This document shows, in pieces, positions 9,993 through 19,554 of a DNA stretch of 64,000 nucleotides. The position numbers and the translations under genes were made by a program. The notes under the pieces were generated by a model. The model was not told where the DNA came from and ran no database searches. It saw only the letters and a program-made list of their open reading frames with translations. The first letter of the stretch is position 1; each line of letters starts with the position of its first letter. This DNA comes from an uncultured Candidatus Saccharibacteria bacterium (GTDB lineage: Bacteria > Patescibacteriota > Minisyncoccia > Portnoybacterales > UBA2143). The stretch spans positions 17 through 64,016 of the forward strand of contig CAZJPW010000002.1 in assembly GCA_964548405.1 (NCBI GenBank), read 5' to 3'.

Positions 9993-10906
9993 ATTTCTAA
10001 ATTTTTTAGGTAATCATAAGCGTTTAAGGCTGCCTTGGCTCCCTCTCCAGCGGCAATAACAACTTGCTTATGAGATACATCTGTCACATCGCCGGCCGCA
10101 AATATATTGGGCTGAGATGTCTGATTTTTCGAATCGACTTTTATTTCCCCCTGTTCATTTAATTTTACCACATCTTTAACAAAAGAGGAATTAGCTAAAG
10201 AACCAATCGCTAAGAAAATACCTTGAACTGGCAATTCTTTGTTTTTTCCTTTAGTACCATTGCTGTAAACCAAACCACTAACAAACTTATCGCCTTTTAC
10301 CTCAACAACCTTGGCACTAGTCACCACCTCTATTTTATCAATTTTCCCAATCTTTTCCTGGAGAAACTCATCAGCCTGTAATTGCGGAGTAGTTTCCAAG
10401 ATATATATTTTGGAGGCATATTCAGCTAATTCTAAAGCAGTACCTAAACCAGCATTGGCTCCACCAATCACAGCCACTGCCCTATTTCGGAATAAAGGCG
10501 CGTCGCAAGTAGCGCAGTGACTAACGCCCTTACCAAAAAACTCTTCTTCGCCCGGTACGCCCAGCCTACGGGCAACCCGGCCGGTGGTTATAAGAGCGGT
10601 TTTAGTTTGATATCTCTGGTCATTTACCTTAATTTCCAATTCTGAATCATTTATCACTTTAACTTCTTCAACTTTTAGATTCTCTTTAATCTCAATCTCA
10701 TTTTTCTTTAAATGCTCTGTAAATTTATTAACCAAGTCCATCCCTGTAATATTAGCAAAGCCCGGATAATTCTGAATTAAAGGAGCATAACTCATTTGCC
10801 CACCCCAGTCTTTAGTAATTAAAAGCGCCTTTAACTTTTTCCTAGCTACGTAAATACCGGCACTAACAGAAGCCGGTCCTCCACCAACGATTATTAAATC
10901 ATACAT
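9989..10906 (-). CDS. trxB: Thioredoxin-disulfide reductase
   Basis: IVGGGPA FAD motif, CATCD redox-active disulfide and a second GGANAG NADPH motif. Confidence 0.85.
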   Translation of the reverse strand: MYDLIIVGGGPASVSAGIYVARKKLKALLITKDWGGQMSYAPLIQNYPGFANITGMDLVNKFTEHLKKNEIEIKENLKVEEVKVINDSELEIKVNDQRYQTKTALITTGRVARRLGVPGEEEFFGKGVSHCATCDAPLFRNRAVAVIGGANAGLGTALELAEYASKIYILETTPQLQADEFLQEKIGKIDKIEVVTSAKVVEVKGDKFVSGLVYSNGTKGKNKELPVQGIFLAIGSLANSSFVKDVVKLNEQGEIKVDSKNQTSQPNIFAAGDVTDVSHKQVVIAAGEGAKAALNAYDYLKNLEI

Positions 10907-10913
10907 AGTTTTA

Positions 10914-11672
10914 TTATATATTAGCTAATTGAATACTTTCCAAGGTATATTTTCTTAAATTGGATATCTGCCAATCAGTTAAGACCTCACAGGCAAAACC
11001 CCAATGCATTGAAATCCAATCATCTATCTCAGGTTTTTTAATAAATCCCTCATCCCCAATCTTATAACCCACCTTCTGTAAAACCGGCTGGCCTAAAGAT
11101 AGCTTATCTCCATCAGAAACCAAAGGATGATATTCCACTTCTAAAGATGATTTCTTAGTTTTTTTAACCTGGCCCCAGCCAATCCGACATAAATCCATAG
11201 CATTCAAAGTTTGAATTGAATCAATATTATCAGCTTGCTTCCAAACACTTAAAACATGAAAATTATGATGAGCCCTGGCCCCTAAAGTAATTTTCTCTTT
11301 AATCCTATTAATGATTGGTTTAGATAATTTCTTTTTAATCTGAGATTTATCAACTAAATGATTATACAATCCTGACTTAGTAATATTTTCTAAAAGAGAA
11401 TTACCAATCCAATAGGCCTCAACCACCTTTTCGCTAAAAGGATCCTTAATTTGATTATGATGAGCAATCATCTTTAAATACGGATAAAGCGTTTGAAATT
11501 CTTCTAGAATCTGAATCATGCCCTGATCTGCCTTCTGATTCCGACAATAATCAAAAAGATCTTGGTTTTTATCGGGACCGCAAAAAGTCAAATGATTAGG
11601 CATAAAAGCATATCGCCCGCATTGAATAATACCTTTAAAATCGAATTGTGGCAACTGATTTGTTTTTAACAT
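10914..11672 (-). CDS. Hypothetical protein
   Basis: ORF with no recognised motif. The 5' end overlaps the upstream DMT gene by 38 nt, so the true start is probably an internal Met (MPNHL...). Confidence 0.4.
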   Translation of the reverse strand: MLKTNQLPQFDFKGIIQCGRYAFMPNHLTFCGPDKNQDLFDYCRNQKADQGMIQILEEFQTLYPYLKMIAHHNQIKDPFSEKVVEAYWIGNSLLENITKSGLYNHLVDKSQIKKKLSKPIINRIKEKITLGARAHHNFHVLSVWKQADNIDSIQTLNAMDLCRIGWGQVKKTKKSSLEVEYHPLVSDGDKLSLGQPVLQKVGYKIGDEGFIKKPEIDDWISMHWGFACEVLTDWQISNLRKYTLESIQLANI

Positions 11673-12519
11673 AAACTACAGCCAGTAAAGCCAATATTAT
11701 ACCAAAAAATTGATTAACTAGTAAAGCTTGATTCAAAAACATCCATGATAAAAAGGTGGTTATAGGAGTGGCTAATAACAAAACCACAGCCGCTTCGGAA
11801 ACCTTGACATATTTCAAACCCAGATACCATGTAGAAACATAGCCGAAAAGTAAAACTGAAGTTATCATCACCCAACCGAGCTGGCCTAAACTTAAAGAAC
11901 CAATTAACCCCATCTGACCGGTTATTAGCAAAAACAAAAGAATAAAGATAGAACCAAAGAACATTCTTCCCCAGATAACAATCCGGGCAGGTAAATCATT
12001 CAATAGATATTTACTTAAGACATTTTCCCCGGCCCAGAACAGAGTCGCTATTAGAATTAAAAAATCGCCTAAACCAAAACTATGAGGAATTATTTTTAAC
12101 AAAAGAATATTACTTAAAAGTAGAATTAATCCGGCTATCAGGAAATTCTTGCTGATCTTTTCTTTTAAAAAAACAATCGCTAAGAGAGCGATATATATGA
12201 ACATGGTCTTATGAATAAAAGCAGCCTGCAGACCACTAGTTATAGAAAGTCCTTTGAAAAAAAGTAAAAATGGAACAGAACCGCCAATCAATCCAATTCC
12301 TAAAAGCAAAAACCATTGCTTTTTTCTTAAAGTTTTTAAAACCTTCCAATCTTTCATCATTAACAGCCAACTAACTATTAATAGGGCGACAATAACATTT
12401 TTCAAACCTGTGAAAATATATGGATTAATCACAGCCACTCCAAACTTATTAATAAATACAGACAAACCTGAAATAAAGGCTGTTGATAAGATTAATAAGA
12501 ATCCTTTGTTTTTATTCAT
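11635..12519 (-). CDS. EamA/DMT-family membrane transporter
   Basis: About 10 predicted hydrophobic helices in two 5-TM halves, typical of drug/metabolite transporter proteins. Confidence 0.65.
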   Translation of the reverse strand: MNKNKGFLLILSTAFISGLSVFINKFGVAVINPYIFTGLKNVIVALLIVSWLLMMKDWKVLKTLRKKQWFLLLGIGLIGGSVPFLLFFKGLSITSGLQAAFIHKTMFIYIALLAIVFLKEKISKNFLIAGLILLLSNILLLKIIPHSFGLGDFLILIATLFWAGENVLSKYLLNDLPARIVIWGRMFFGSIFILLFLLITGQMGLIGSLSLGQLGWVMITSVLLFGYVSTWYLGLKYVKVSEAAVVLLLATPITTFLSWMFLNQALLVNQFFGIILALLAVVYVKNKSVATIRF

Positions 12520-12542
12520 AAATAATATATACTTAAATTAAT

Positions 12543-12773
12543 ATGTGTTTAGCAACTCCATCAAAAGTTATTAAAATAGAAAAAGATGAAGCTATTGTCC
12601 AATCAGGTCATCACCAGCATCGGGTTAATTTAGATTTAATCAAAGATGTTAAAATTGGAGATTATCTGCTTATCCACAACGAAATGGCTTTGAATAAAAT
12701 GCCTCAAACTGAAGCCAAGAAAATCCTTAAAATGATTAATGACCATTCTACGACTAATGTACTGAACAAGTAA
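12543..12773 (+). CDS. hypC: Hydrogenase maturation factor HypC/HybG
   Basis: Starts MCLATPSKV (the HypC N-terminal Cys signature MC[LI][AG][IV]P). 76 aa. Convergent with the hydrogenase large subunit. Confidence 0.85.
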   Translation: MCLATPSKVIKIEKDEAIVQSGHHQHRVNLDLIKDVKIGDYLLIHNEMALNKMPQTEAKKILKMINDHSTTNVLNK

Positions 12774-13962
12774 TGCAGGGATCATAGGCCCTAACTAACA
12801 TTGTAATTAGCCGTTCCAATTCTTTCTGGGAACGGTTTTTTGTTTGTTCTAATAAAGCTTGGGAACTCTTTTCAATTGAAGTTAAATTCTGAACTGTTGG
12901 AGTGATAATATTAGCCTCTTTAATAATACTATTTTTATCTAATAAAACCTCATGATAAAGTCCGCCTCGAGGCGCTTCTATAAATCCAATACCCTTTAAA
13001 GACGCATTACTTTTGGGTTTAACAGCTTTTGCTTTTAAATCCACCATTAACAGCTTTTTAATAAGCTCTCTGGCCTGCTCATGATAAATACCTATTTCAA
13101 TGGCCTGAGCCAAATTATTATGAAAGGGATTTTCAAAATCAACCTTGTATTTTTCTTCGTCATAATTCCTATGAACAGCCAACCGAGCCAAAGACCCAAC
13201 TAACATTTCTTGTCCTCGATATTTGCCAAACTTAGCTGTAGAATATTCTCTTAATTCTTCATCTATGGTTTCTTTGTAATTATTAGCTGATGATTCTTTA
13301 CGGCCTTTAATATTTTTAGAAGAAACAGCTATAATTTTATCTCCGTACAAAGCCACTAATTGCAAATCAACCTTTAATTTAGGAAATTCTATACCAGCTA
13401 CTAAATCAATTGTATCTTGGGCAGCTTTTTTAGTTTTTTCTAATTTCTTAAGTAATTTTTCTAAATTCTTCCTAGTAGGAACCTTATGAAATCCGCCAAT
13501 TCTAGTCTTGGTCGGATGAACAATCCTGCCGCCCACAATTCTAACAATTTCATCAGAAACTTCCTTTATAGATAAAGCTTTTTTAAAGACTTCTGGATTT
13601 TTCTCAGCCAGTTCTGTACCCCGATCAATCCCTAAATAGTCAGGTAGAGATAAAAAGAAAAGATGTAAAGCATGCGATTGAAGCATTTGACCGCAACTCA
13701 TTAAATCACGCAACAAAACCGTAGTTGGACTTACTTTAATATCATAGGCATTTTCAACAGCTCTTAAAGAAGCTAAATTATGGGCCGTCGGACAAACTCC
13801 GCAAATACGAGGCGTAATCCAATGCATTTCTTCAGCTGTCCGGCCGACTAACAAACCTTCGAAAAGCCGTTCGCCCTCATGAACGTTAAGTTTGACCTGG
13901 CCTTTTCTCCAGTCAATATCCAAACTCCCATGCCCTTCAATTTTAGCTATAAAATTATTCAT
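12754..13962 (-). CDS. [NiFe] hydrogenase large (alpha) subunit, group-3b-like
   Basis: N-terminal RICGVCPTAH and C-terminal DPCITCSVH Ni-Fe ligand motifs. Last gene of a beta-gamma-delta-alpha operon. Confidence 0.9.
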   Translation of the reverse strand: MNNFIAKIEGHGSLDIDWRKGQVKLNVHEGERLFEGLLVGRTAEEMHWITPRICGVCPTAHNLASLRAVENAYDIKVSPTTVLLRDLMSCGQMLQSHALHLFFLSLPDYLGIDRGTELAEKNPEVFKKALSIKEVSDEIVRIVGGRIVHPTKTRIGGFHKVPTRKNLEKLLKKLEKTKKAAQDTIDLVAGIEFPKLKVDLQLVALYGDKIIAVSSKNIKGRKESSANNYKETIDEELREYSTAKFGKYRGQEMLVGSLARLAVHRNYDEEKYKVDFENPFHNNLAQAIEIGIYHEQARELIKKLLMVDLKAKAVKPKSNASLKGIGFIEAPRGGLYHEVLLDKNSIIKEANIITPTVQNLTSIEKSSQALLEQTKNRSQKELERLITMLVRAYDPCITCSVH

Positions 13963-14687
13963 TTTACTTTATTTAAAAACATACTAAAATATCTATCAAT
14001 TTCTTTTTTATCTGTAATCTTATTAAGAATTTTTAAAAGATTTTTAACTTCAGCTTCTTCCCTATTACCAAAACAACCATAACAAGGTGAACCACTACTA
14101 ATACAAATAGCTTGACATCCGCCCTGGGTGATCGGGCCCAAGCAGGGTTTTTCATCTAAAAGTCTACAATCATTCCCAGCCTGCTTACATTCAAAACAAA
14201 CAGAATAACCGCGATATTTCGGTGTTTTACCGGCTAACAACTCCTCTAGAATTCTAACCAGTTCACCGCCATTAATAGGACAGCCATGGATTAAAAAATC
14301 AACTTTCACATAAGCGGACAAAGGCAAAGCATCAATTCCTCTTGGCTTATACTTTTTACCGTAAATCTTCTTGTACCACTTCTTTCTTTGATCCTTATCC
14401 ATAATTGCAGGAATACCACCTAAACAAGCACAAGCCCCTAAACTAATCAGTACTCCGGATTCTTCTCTTAATTTCTTTAACATTTCAACTTCATGTTTAG
14501 TAATAGGTGTTCCTTCGATAATAGTAACATCATAAGGACCAGGCTTATTATCCTCCTGGCCTAACCGCCAATTAACAATATCCACCCTTTTTTCCAAAAC
14601 TAAAAGCTTCTCTTTTAAAGAAACTAATTCTACTTCACATCCTTCACAATCTGTAAATTCAAATATGGCTACTTTTGGTTTAGGCAT
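13959..14687 (-). CDS. [NiFe] hydrogenase small (delta) subunit
   Basis: CEGCEVE proximal-cluster motif and additional Cys clusters (GCPINGG, CQAICISSGSPCYGC). Position is immediately upstream of the large subunit. Confidence 0.8.
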   Translation of the reverse strand: MPKPKVAIFEFTDCEGCEVELVSLKEKLLVLEKRVDIVNWRLGQEDNKPGPYDVTIIEGTPITKHEVEMLKKLREESGVLISLGACACLGGIPAIMDKDQRKKWYKKIYGKKYKPRGIDALPLSAYVKVDFLIHGCPINGGELVRILEELLAGKTPKYRGYSVCFECKQAGNDCRLLDEKPCLGPITQGGCQAICISSGSPCYGCFGNREEAEVKNLLKILNKITDKKEIDRYFSMFLNKVK

Positions 14688-14690
14688 AAA

Positions 14691-15515
14691 TTAATCCCAA
14701 CTTTTATCTATCTGATCAAAATGGAAAACAGGCCCATCCTGACACACATACTTATCGCCCACGGTGCAATGCTGGCATTTACCAACCCCGCACTGCATCC
14801 TTCTCTCCATATTAACAAAAATCCTGCGATCAGAAATTCCCAAAGGCCTTAAAATCCTTTCTAAAGCATCCATCATTGGACCAGGACCACACATAGCTGA
14901 AACCGCATCCAACGGATCAATCTTAATGTCGCTGATTATGGCGGAAACCATCCCTACATGACCTTTCCATTCTTTATCCGGCTTATCCACAGTAAGCATA
15001 ACTTTAATATGTTTCCCCCATTTTTTTAAACTATCTTTCATTAATAAATCCTTGGGTGTTCGGGCTCCGTAAACCAAGTATGTTCGGCCAAACTTCCTCC
15101 TATATTCAAGAATATATTCTATCAAAGCAGCAATAGGAGGAATTCCGCAACCACCGGTCACCATAACAATGTCTTTGCCAGCCATAAAATCCACAGGAAA
15201 ACCATTGCCATAAGGACCACGCATGAATATCTGATTGCCTGCTTTTAATTGATGCATAGCTTTAGTTAAACAGCCAGCCCTCCTAACTACAATATCAATA
15301 TATTTAGTTTCAAAAGGAGAAGAAGCAATGCCAAAAGGCGCTTCTCCATAACCAAAATGACTAACTAGAATAAACTGTCCAGGGCTAAAGACAGTCCCTT
15401 GACTATTAACAAAAAAATTACCTTTTTCCTTTTGTAATCTAAAAAGCTTAACATTGCTTGAATGTTCCTCTACTTTGACGATATTCACCTTAAATGGCTT
15501 ATATATATTCTTCAT
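14691..15515 (-). CDS. Hydrogenase gamma subunit (FAD/NAD(P)-binding oxidoreductase with C-terminal 2Fe-2S)
   Basis: Ferredoxin-NADP-reductase-like fold signatures and a C-terminal CGVGKCQHC...C cluster. Confidence 0.8.
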   Translation of the reverse strand: MKNIYKPFKVNIVKVEEHSSNVKLFRLQKEKGNFFVNSQGTVFSPGQFILVSHFGYGEAPFGIASSPFETKYIDIVVRRAGCLTKAMHQLKAGNQIFMRGPYGNGFPVDFMAGKDIVMVTGGCGIPPIAALIEYILEYRRKFGRTYLVYGARTPKDLLMKDSLKKWGKHIKVMLTVDKPDKEWKGHVGMVSAIISDIKIDPLDAVSAMCGPGPMMDALERILRPLGISDRRIFVNMERRMQCGVGKCQHCTVGDKYVCQDGPVFHFDQIDKSWD

Positions 15516-16429
15516 TGTTTTTTGTAATCTTTGACTATTTCTTTTAAAACATCACCGATCTTAATGCCAGCCGGGCAATGTTTGCCGCAATTACCGCAAG
15601 CCACGCATTGGGATTTGCCAAATTCTCTGTAAGCCCTAACAAACTTATGATAATACCAATTATAGTATCTTTCCTTGATTGTTTTATGGAAATCATGCCC
15701 GCCAGCTACTTGGGCAAACCTAGGCAGAGTACAAGCATCCCATTGACGACAACGAATACATTTAGCATCATCTAAAGTAACCCTATCATCAACTGAAAAA
15801 CAGTGGCATAAAGGACAAACATAAGTACAAATACCGCAGCCCAAGCACCTTCCAGCCAACTCATCCCAAATCTTGTGATGTTTCTTCCATGACCATTCCA
15901 CAGCTTCAGCCAGTAATTCTGGATCTAAAAGCATATTCTTAAAAGAATTATGTTTTGGCGGATAATCTATAACTCCGGGCTTTAAAACTTTTTTAAAAAA
16001 CTTATTCTTAACTAATCTCCTGCCCCTATTATTCAATATCCAAGTCCGATATTCCTTCTGATTAATTTTTTCTAAAACAATATCTCCGCCCTTAGGAACT
16101 TTAAACGACTTATCAATAATCCCGATTAAAATAGACTTATCCCTTTTCTGCCAATAAAAGAAATCCTTATTAGGCTTTTCCATTATCTCATCCAGCTGGG
16201 TCATCGCTTCTAATTCACTTAAATGACCGATGATTAATAGAAGATCCTCTGACTTATCAATAGTCTTTAATTTTTCAGTTTTTTTATCGAAATTAAAAAG
16301 ACCCTCCTTGGGTGGAAAAAAATATTGCTTAGGGGGCAAAGTATTTTTACGCGTATCAATCACTTTAAAATCTTTCTTCAACTCTGACAGCCAATCTTTA
16401 ATCTGATCTTTTTTAATGATTAATTCCAT
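15512..16429 (-). CDS. Hydrogenase beta subunit (4Fe-4S cluster protein)
   Basis: Multiple CxxCxxC(x)nCP motifs (CLGCGICTYVCPLC, CVACGNCGKHCP). First gene of the hydBGDA-like operon. Confidence 0.8.
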   Translation of the reverse strand: MELIIKKDQIKDWLSELKKDFKVIDTRKNTLPPKQYFFPPKEGLFNFDKKTEKLKTIDKSEDLLLIIGHLSELEAMTQLDEIMEKPNKDFFYWQKRDKSILIGIIDKSFKVPKGGDIVLEKINQKEYRTWILNNRGRRLVKNKFFKKVLKPGVIDYPPKHNSFKNMLLDPELLAEAVEWSWKKHHKIWDELAGRCLGCGICTYVCPLCHCFSVDDRVTLDDAKCIRCRQWDACTLPRFAQVAGGHDFHKTIKERYYNWYYHKFVRAYREFGKSQCVACGNCGKHCPAGIKIGDVLKEIVKDYKKQ

Positions 16430-16465
16430 AGATATATTTTAACATAAATTCTAAAAAACGAAAAT

Positions 16466-16497
16466 CCTAGCCGATTCCTCCTTTCTTAACGGCTAGG
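16466..16497 (-). terminator. Intrinsic terminator (CCTAGCCG...CGGCTAGG hairpin plus U-tract) after gene 16499..16963
   Basis: An 8-bp GC-rich stem was read directly. On the minus strand it is followed by ATTTTCGTTTTTT. Confidence 0.6.
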
Positions 16498-16498
16498 A

Positions 16499-16963
16499 TC
16501 AAATATATTTATCTATTTTTTGAGATATTTGCTGTATTAATTCAAAACAGCGATATTTTTTAAGTACAACCACAACTGGAATTTTAGTATTCATCGCAAT
16601 CTTCCTATTACCAAAACCTGGTATCTCTGCTGTGAAAGTTATTCCTTCAAATACGCCTGATTTGGATAACTCTCTAGTTAACTCTTCATGTTTTCGCGCT
16701 CTCACTTCAGAACTTTTTACTTGAAGTGGAATATTCCGACCTCTTTTCATGATAATAAAATCAATGCCTCGCTTATCAAAAGATGTCCCTGTAGTGCGAA
16801 CAAAATTAGAAATCTCACCCGCTTTCTTCATCACTCCAAGAGCTTTTTCAACCTTATCTTCTGATCTTATCCCTCTAGCAAGACTTGCCAATAATCCCCT
16901 TTCACTACCAATCGCATTTATCTCCATAAGACAAACCTCCTTGTCTATGTTGTTAAAAAACAA
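16499..16963 (-). CDS. Hypothetical protein
   Basis: ORF of 154 aa (or 143 aa from the MEINAIG start). No recognised motif. A terminator lies downstream. Confidence 0.45.
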   Translation of the reverse strand: MFFNNIDKEVCLMEINAIGSERGLLASLARGIRSEDKVEKALGVMKKAGEISNFVRTTGTSFDKRGIDFIIMKRGRNIPLQVKSSEVRARKHEELTRELSKSGVFEGITFTAEIPGFGNRKIAMNTKIPVVVVLKKYRCFELIQQISQKIDKYI

Positions 16964-16974
16964 AAACCGGAGAA

Positions 16975-17646
16975 TTATTCCCCGGTAGTTTGTTCCAAAG
17001 CTTTCTCAATTGCCTGTTCGAAAACGACAACGGGTTGATTGCCCACTATTTCCTGTCCATCTATGAAAAATGTTGGTGTACCGCTCACTCCGGCTTCGCT
17101 AGCAGAATCAAACCATTCTTTTACTCTGTCTTCGTATTTTTTAGAATCATAACATACTTCAAAATTATCCTTATTCAAACCAATTTGGAGAGCCATGGCT
17201 TTTACGTCATCAGCTGATTGAAGCTCTTGGACATGCTCAAAAAAGTAATCGCTCATCTCTGAAAACTTATCCTCTTCCTGAGCACAAAGTATGGCTAAAC
17301 CTATTTCAGGCGGTGAAACGAATCTCGAAATCAACTTAACTTTGCCTGTTTTAATATATTTTTCCATCAATGGAGGCAAAGTATCTCTATGAAAATTAAC
17401 ACAATGACCGCAAAAATGACTAGAATATTCTACCATTGTTACGGCTGCTTCAGGATTACCTATAACATGATCCCCAACAGTCTGCTTTGAAACAATGGCA
17501 GATTTTGAAGATTCATCCTCTTGAGTAGTCCCCAGAATAGAAGAAATTTGTTTATCTGTTTGATCTTGGTTACGATTAGCATGCCAGACAATCCCTCCTA
17601 CAAGTGCCAAAGCAAGAAATCCTAAAATGTATGTTTTTTTATTCAT
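16975..17646 (-). CDS. DsbA-like thiol:disulfide oxidoreductase, membrane-anchored
   Basis: N-terminal hydrophobic anchor and a CGHC thioredoxin-fold active site. Confidence 0.7.
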   Translation of the reverse strand: MNKKTYILGFLALALVGGIVWHANRNQDQTDKQISSILGTTQEDESSKSAIVSKQTVGDHVIGNPEAAVTMVEYSSHFCGHCVNFHRDTLPPLMEKYIKTGKVKLISRFVSPPEIGLAILCAQEEDKFSEMSDYFFEHVQELQSADDVKAMALQIGLNKDNFEVCYDSKKYEDRVKEWFDSASEAGVSGTPTFFIDGQEIVGNQPVVVFEQAIEKALEQTTGE

Positions 17647-17653
17647 ATTCTTA

Positions 17654-18559
17654 TTATATCGCTTTTTCTTTTATGAGTAAAGTTTTTTTAACTTGACTGC
17701 CTTCGGCAAAGCCGCCAATTTGGCCATCTGAACGAATTACCCGATGGCAAGGCACCCAAGAATTAGTATTTTTATTTAAGACATTACCCACAGCCCGAAA
17801 AGCCTTAGGATGATTAATCTTTTCCGCTACTTGCTTATAAGTCATTACCTGGCCTCTGGGAATCTTAGATACAGCATAATACACTTTATCTGTAAAAGGC
17901 AAGGTTTTAAACACAGGCCGAAAGCTTTTACGATGAATTTTTAAAGGGCCAAGTTCTCTTAATCTTTTTAAATGAAGTTTAGTGCCATAACCCTTATGCA
18001 GAGCAAATTCATATCCTGGATATTTGCAATCAAGCTTTTCCATTAATCTATCTCTAGAAACCTTAGCCATAATTGAAGCCAAGGCGATTAAAAGAATTTT
18101 ACTGTCTCCACCAATTATTGCCTGTTGATCAATTTTAACCATAGGTAACTCTTGATGCCCATCTAAAAACAAAAAACCAGGCTTCTGGTTTAATTTATTT
18201 AAACATCTTTGCCAAGCCAGTTGCGTAGCTTGTAAGATATTAATCTTGTCAATTACTTGAGGGCTAACAAAACTGACTTTCCACTCTAAACCCGGCTCCT
18301 GATCAACTATCTTAAACACCTCTTCTCTTTGCCTATGTGAAAGCTGTTTAGAATCTTTAATCTTAAGCTTAGTCAAAGATTTAGGAATTTGACTAGGAAT
18401 AACAACCACGGCAGCAGCCACCGGACCGGCTAACGGACCTCGTCCCACTTCATCAATCCCAGCCACTATCTTGTATCCCTGCCTGAATATTTGTTTTTCT
18501 AATCTAGAAAAAGCCATAAAATATAAAGGAGTCCAAACCCTCCTGGACTCCTTTTTCAA
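17654..18559 (-). CDS. rnhB: Fusion protein: RNase HII domain plus C-terminal methylated-DNA-protein-cysteine methyltransferase (Ogt/MGMT) DNA-binding domain
   Basis: N-terminal part has GIDEVGRGPLAGPV (RNase HII). C-terminal ~90 aa has the PCHRVI active-site motif and the helix-turn-helix region of the MGMT family. Confidence 0.75.
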   Translation of the reverse strand: MKKESRRVWTPLYFMAFSRLEKQIFRQGYKIVAGIDEVGRGPLAGPVAAAVVVIPSQIPKSLTKLKIKDSKQLSHRQREEVFKIVDQEPGLEWKVSFVSPQVIDKINILQATQLAWQRCLNKLNQKPGFLFLDGHQELPMVKIDQQAIIGGDSKILLIALASIMAKVSRDRLMEKLDCKYPGYEFALHKGYGTKLHLKRLRELGPLKIHRKSFRPVFKTLPFTDKVYYAVSKIPRGQVMTYKQVAEKINHPKAFRAVGNVLNKNTNSWVPCHRVIRSDGQIGGFAEGSQVKKTLLIKEKAI

Positions 18560-18577
18560 TACGTTTTGACAACAAAC

Positions 18578-19537
18578 TTATTTCACTGGATTAGGCGGAG
18601 TCTCGCCAGCCAAAACAGCAATGACATTACTGGCCGCCATCTGAGACATCTTATTCCTCGTACCTTCGGTGCCTGAAGCTGTATGCGGTGTTAAAATGAC
18701 ATTATCTAGATCAACTAAGCCAGGCATTAACTCGGGCTCCTTTTCAAACACATCCAGGGCTGCCCCGGCAATCTTTTTCTCCTTTAAAACTTCAACTAGA
18801 GCTGCTTCATCAACTATGGGACCGCGGGAAGTATTTACCAAATATGCCGTAGGTTTCATCATTCCTAGCTTTTCAGCATTAATCAAGTGTTTAGTTTCTT
18901 CTGTCAAAGCAGTATGCATAGTAATGTAGTCTGCTTCCTTCATTAAATCATCTAATTCTTTGTATTGGGCATCCAGTTTCTGAGCGATTTCATCATTCTT
19001 CTTAATATCATAATAGATGACTTTCATGCCAAATCCCTTATGTAATCTTTCAGCTACGGCAAAGCCAATCCGACCTAAACCAATAACCCCTAATGTTCTA
19101 CCAATAATATCTCCGCCTAATAGTAATTTAGGACCCCAAGCCTTGTATTTGCCGGCCCGGGTATATTTATCTGATTCAACAATTCTTCGGGCAATAGATA
19201 ATAATAAGGCAGCTGCATGATCAGCTACTGTATCAGTTAACACGCCTGGCGTATTAGTCACTATGACATTCCTTTTTTTAGCTTCCTCAACGTCAATATT
19301 ATTATACCCGACCGCATAATTAGCCACTACTTGCAGCTGATCGCCAGCTGACTCCATTACCTGGCCATCAATCTTTTCAGTCAAAACTGAAAGAATAGCA
19401 TCAACTCCCTTAACTTTTTCCAATAGTTCTTCACGAGAGATGCTTCCTTCCGGGCCAATTTCAATCTGATGGCCTTTTTCTTTTAATAACTCAATTCCGA
19501 TTTCCGGAATCTGTCGTGTCACAAATACCTTGGACAT
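18578..19537 (-). CDS. D-isomer-specific 2-hydroxyacid dehydrogenase (glyoxylate/hydroxypyruvate reductase or PGDH-like)
   Basis: NAD-binding GVIGLGRIG and conserved catalytic region (TPHTASGT). Confidence 0.8.
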   Translation of the reverse strand: MSKVFVTRQIPEIGIELLKEKGHQIEIGPEGSISREELLEKVKGVDAILSVLTEKIDGQVMESAGDQLQVVANYAVGYNNIDVEEAKKRNVIVTNTPGVLTDTVADHAAALLLSIARRIVESDKYTRAGKYKAWGPKLLLGGDIIGRTLGVIGLGRIGFAVAERLHKGFGMKVIYYDIKKNDEIAQKLDAQYKELDDLMKEADYITMHTALTEETKHLINAEKLGMMKPTAYLVNTSRGPIVDEAALVEVLKEKKIAGAALDVFEKEPELMPGLVDLDNVILTPHTASGTEGTRNKMSQMAASNVIAVLAGETPPNPVK

Positions 19538-19554
19538 ATTTTTTCCTTTCTTAA

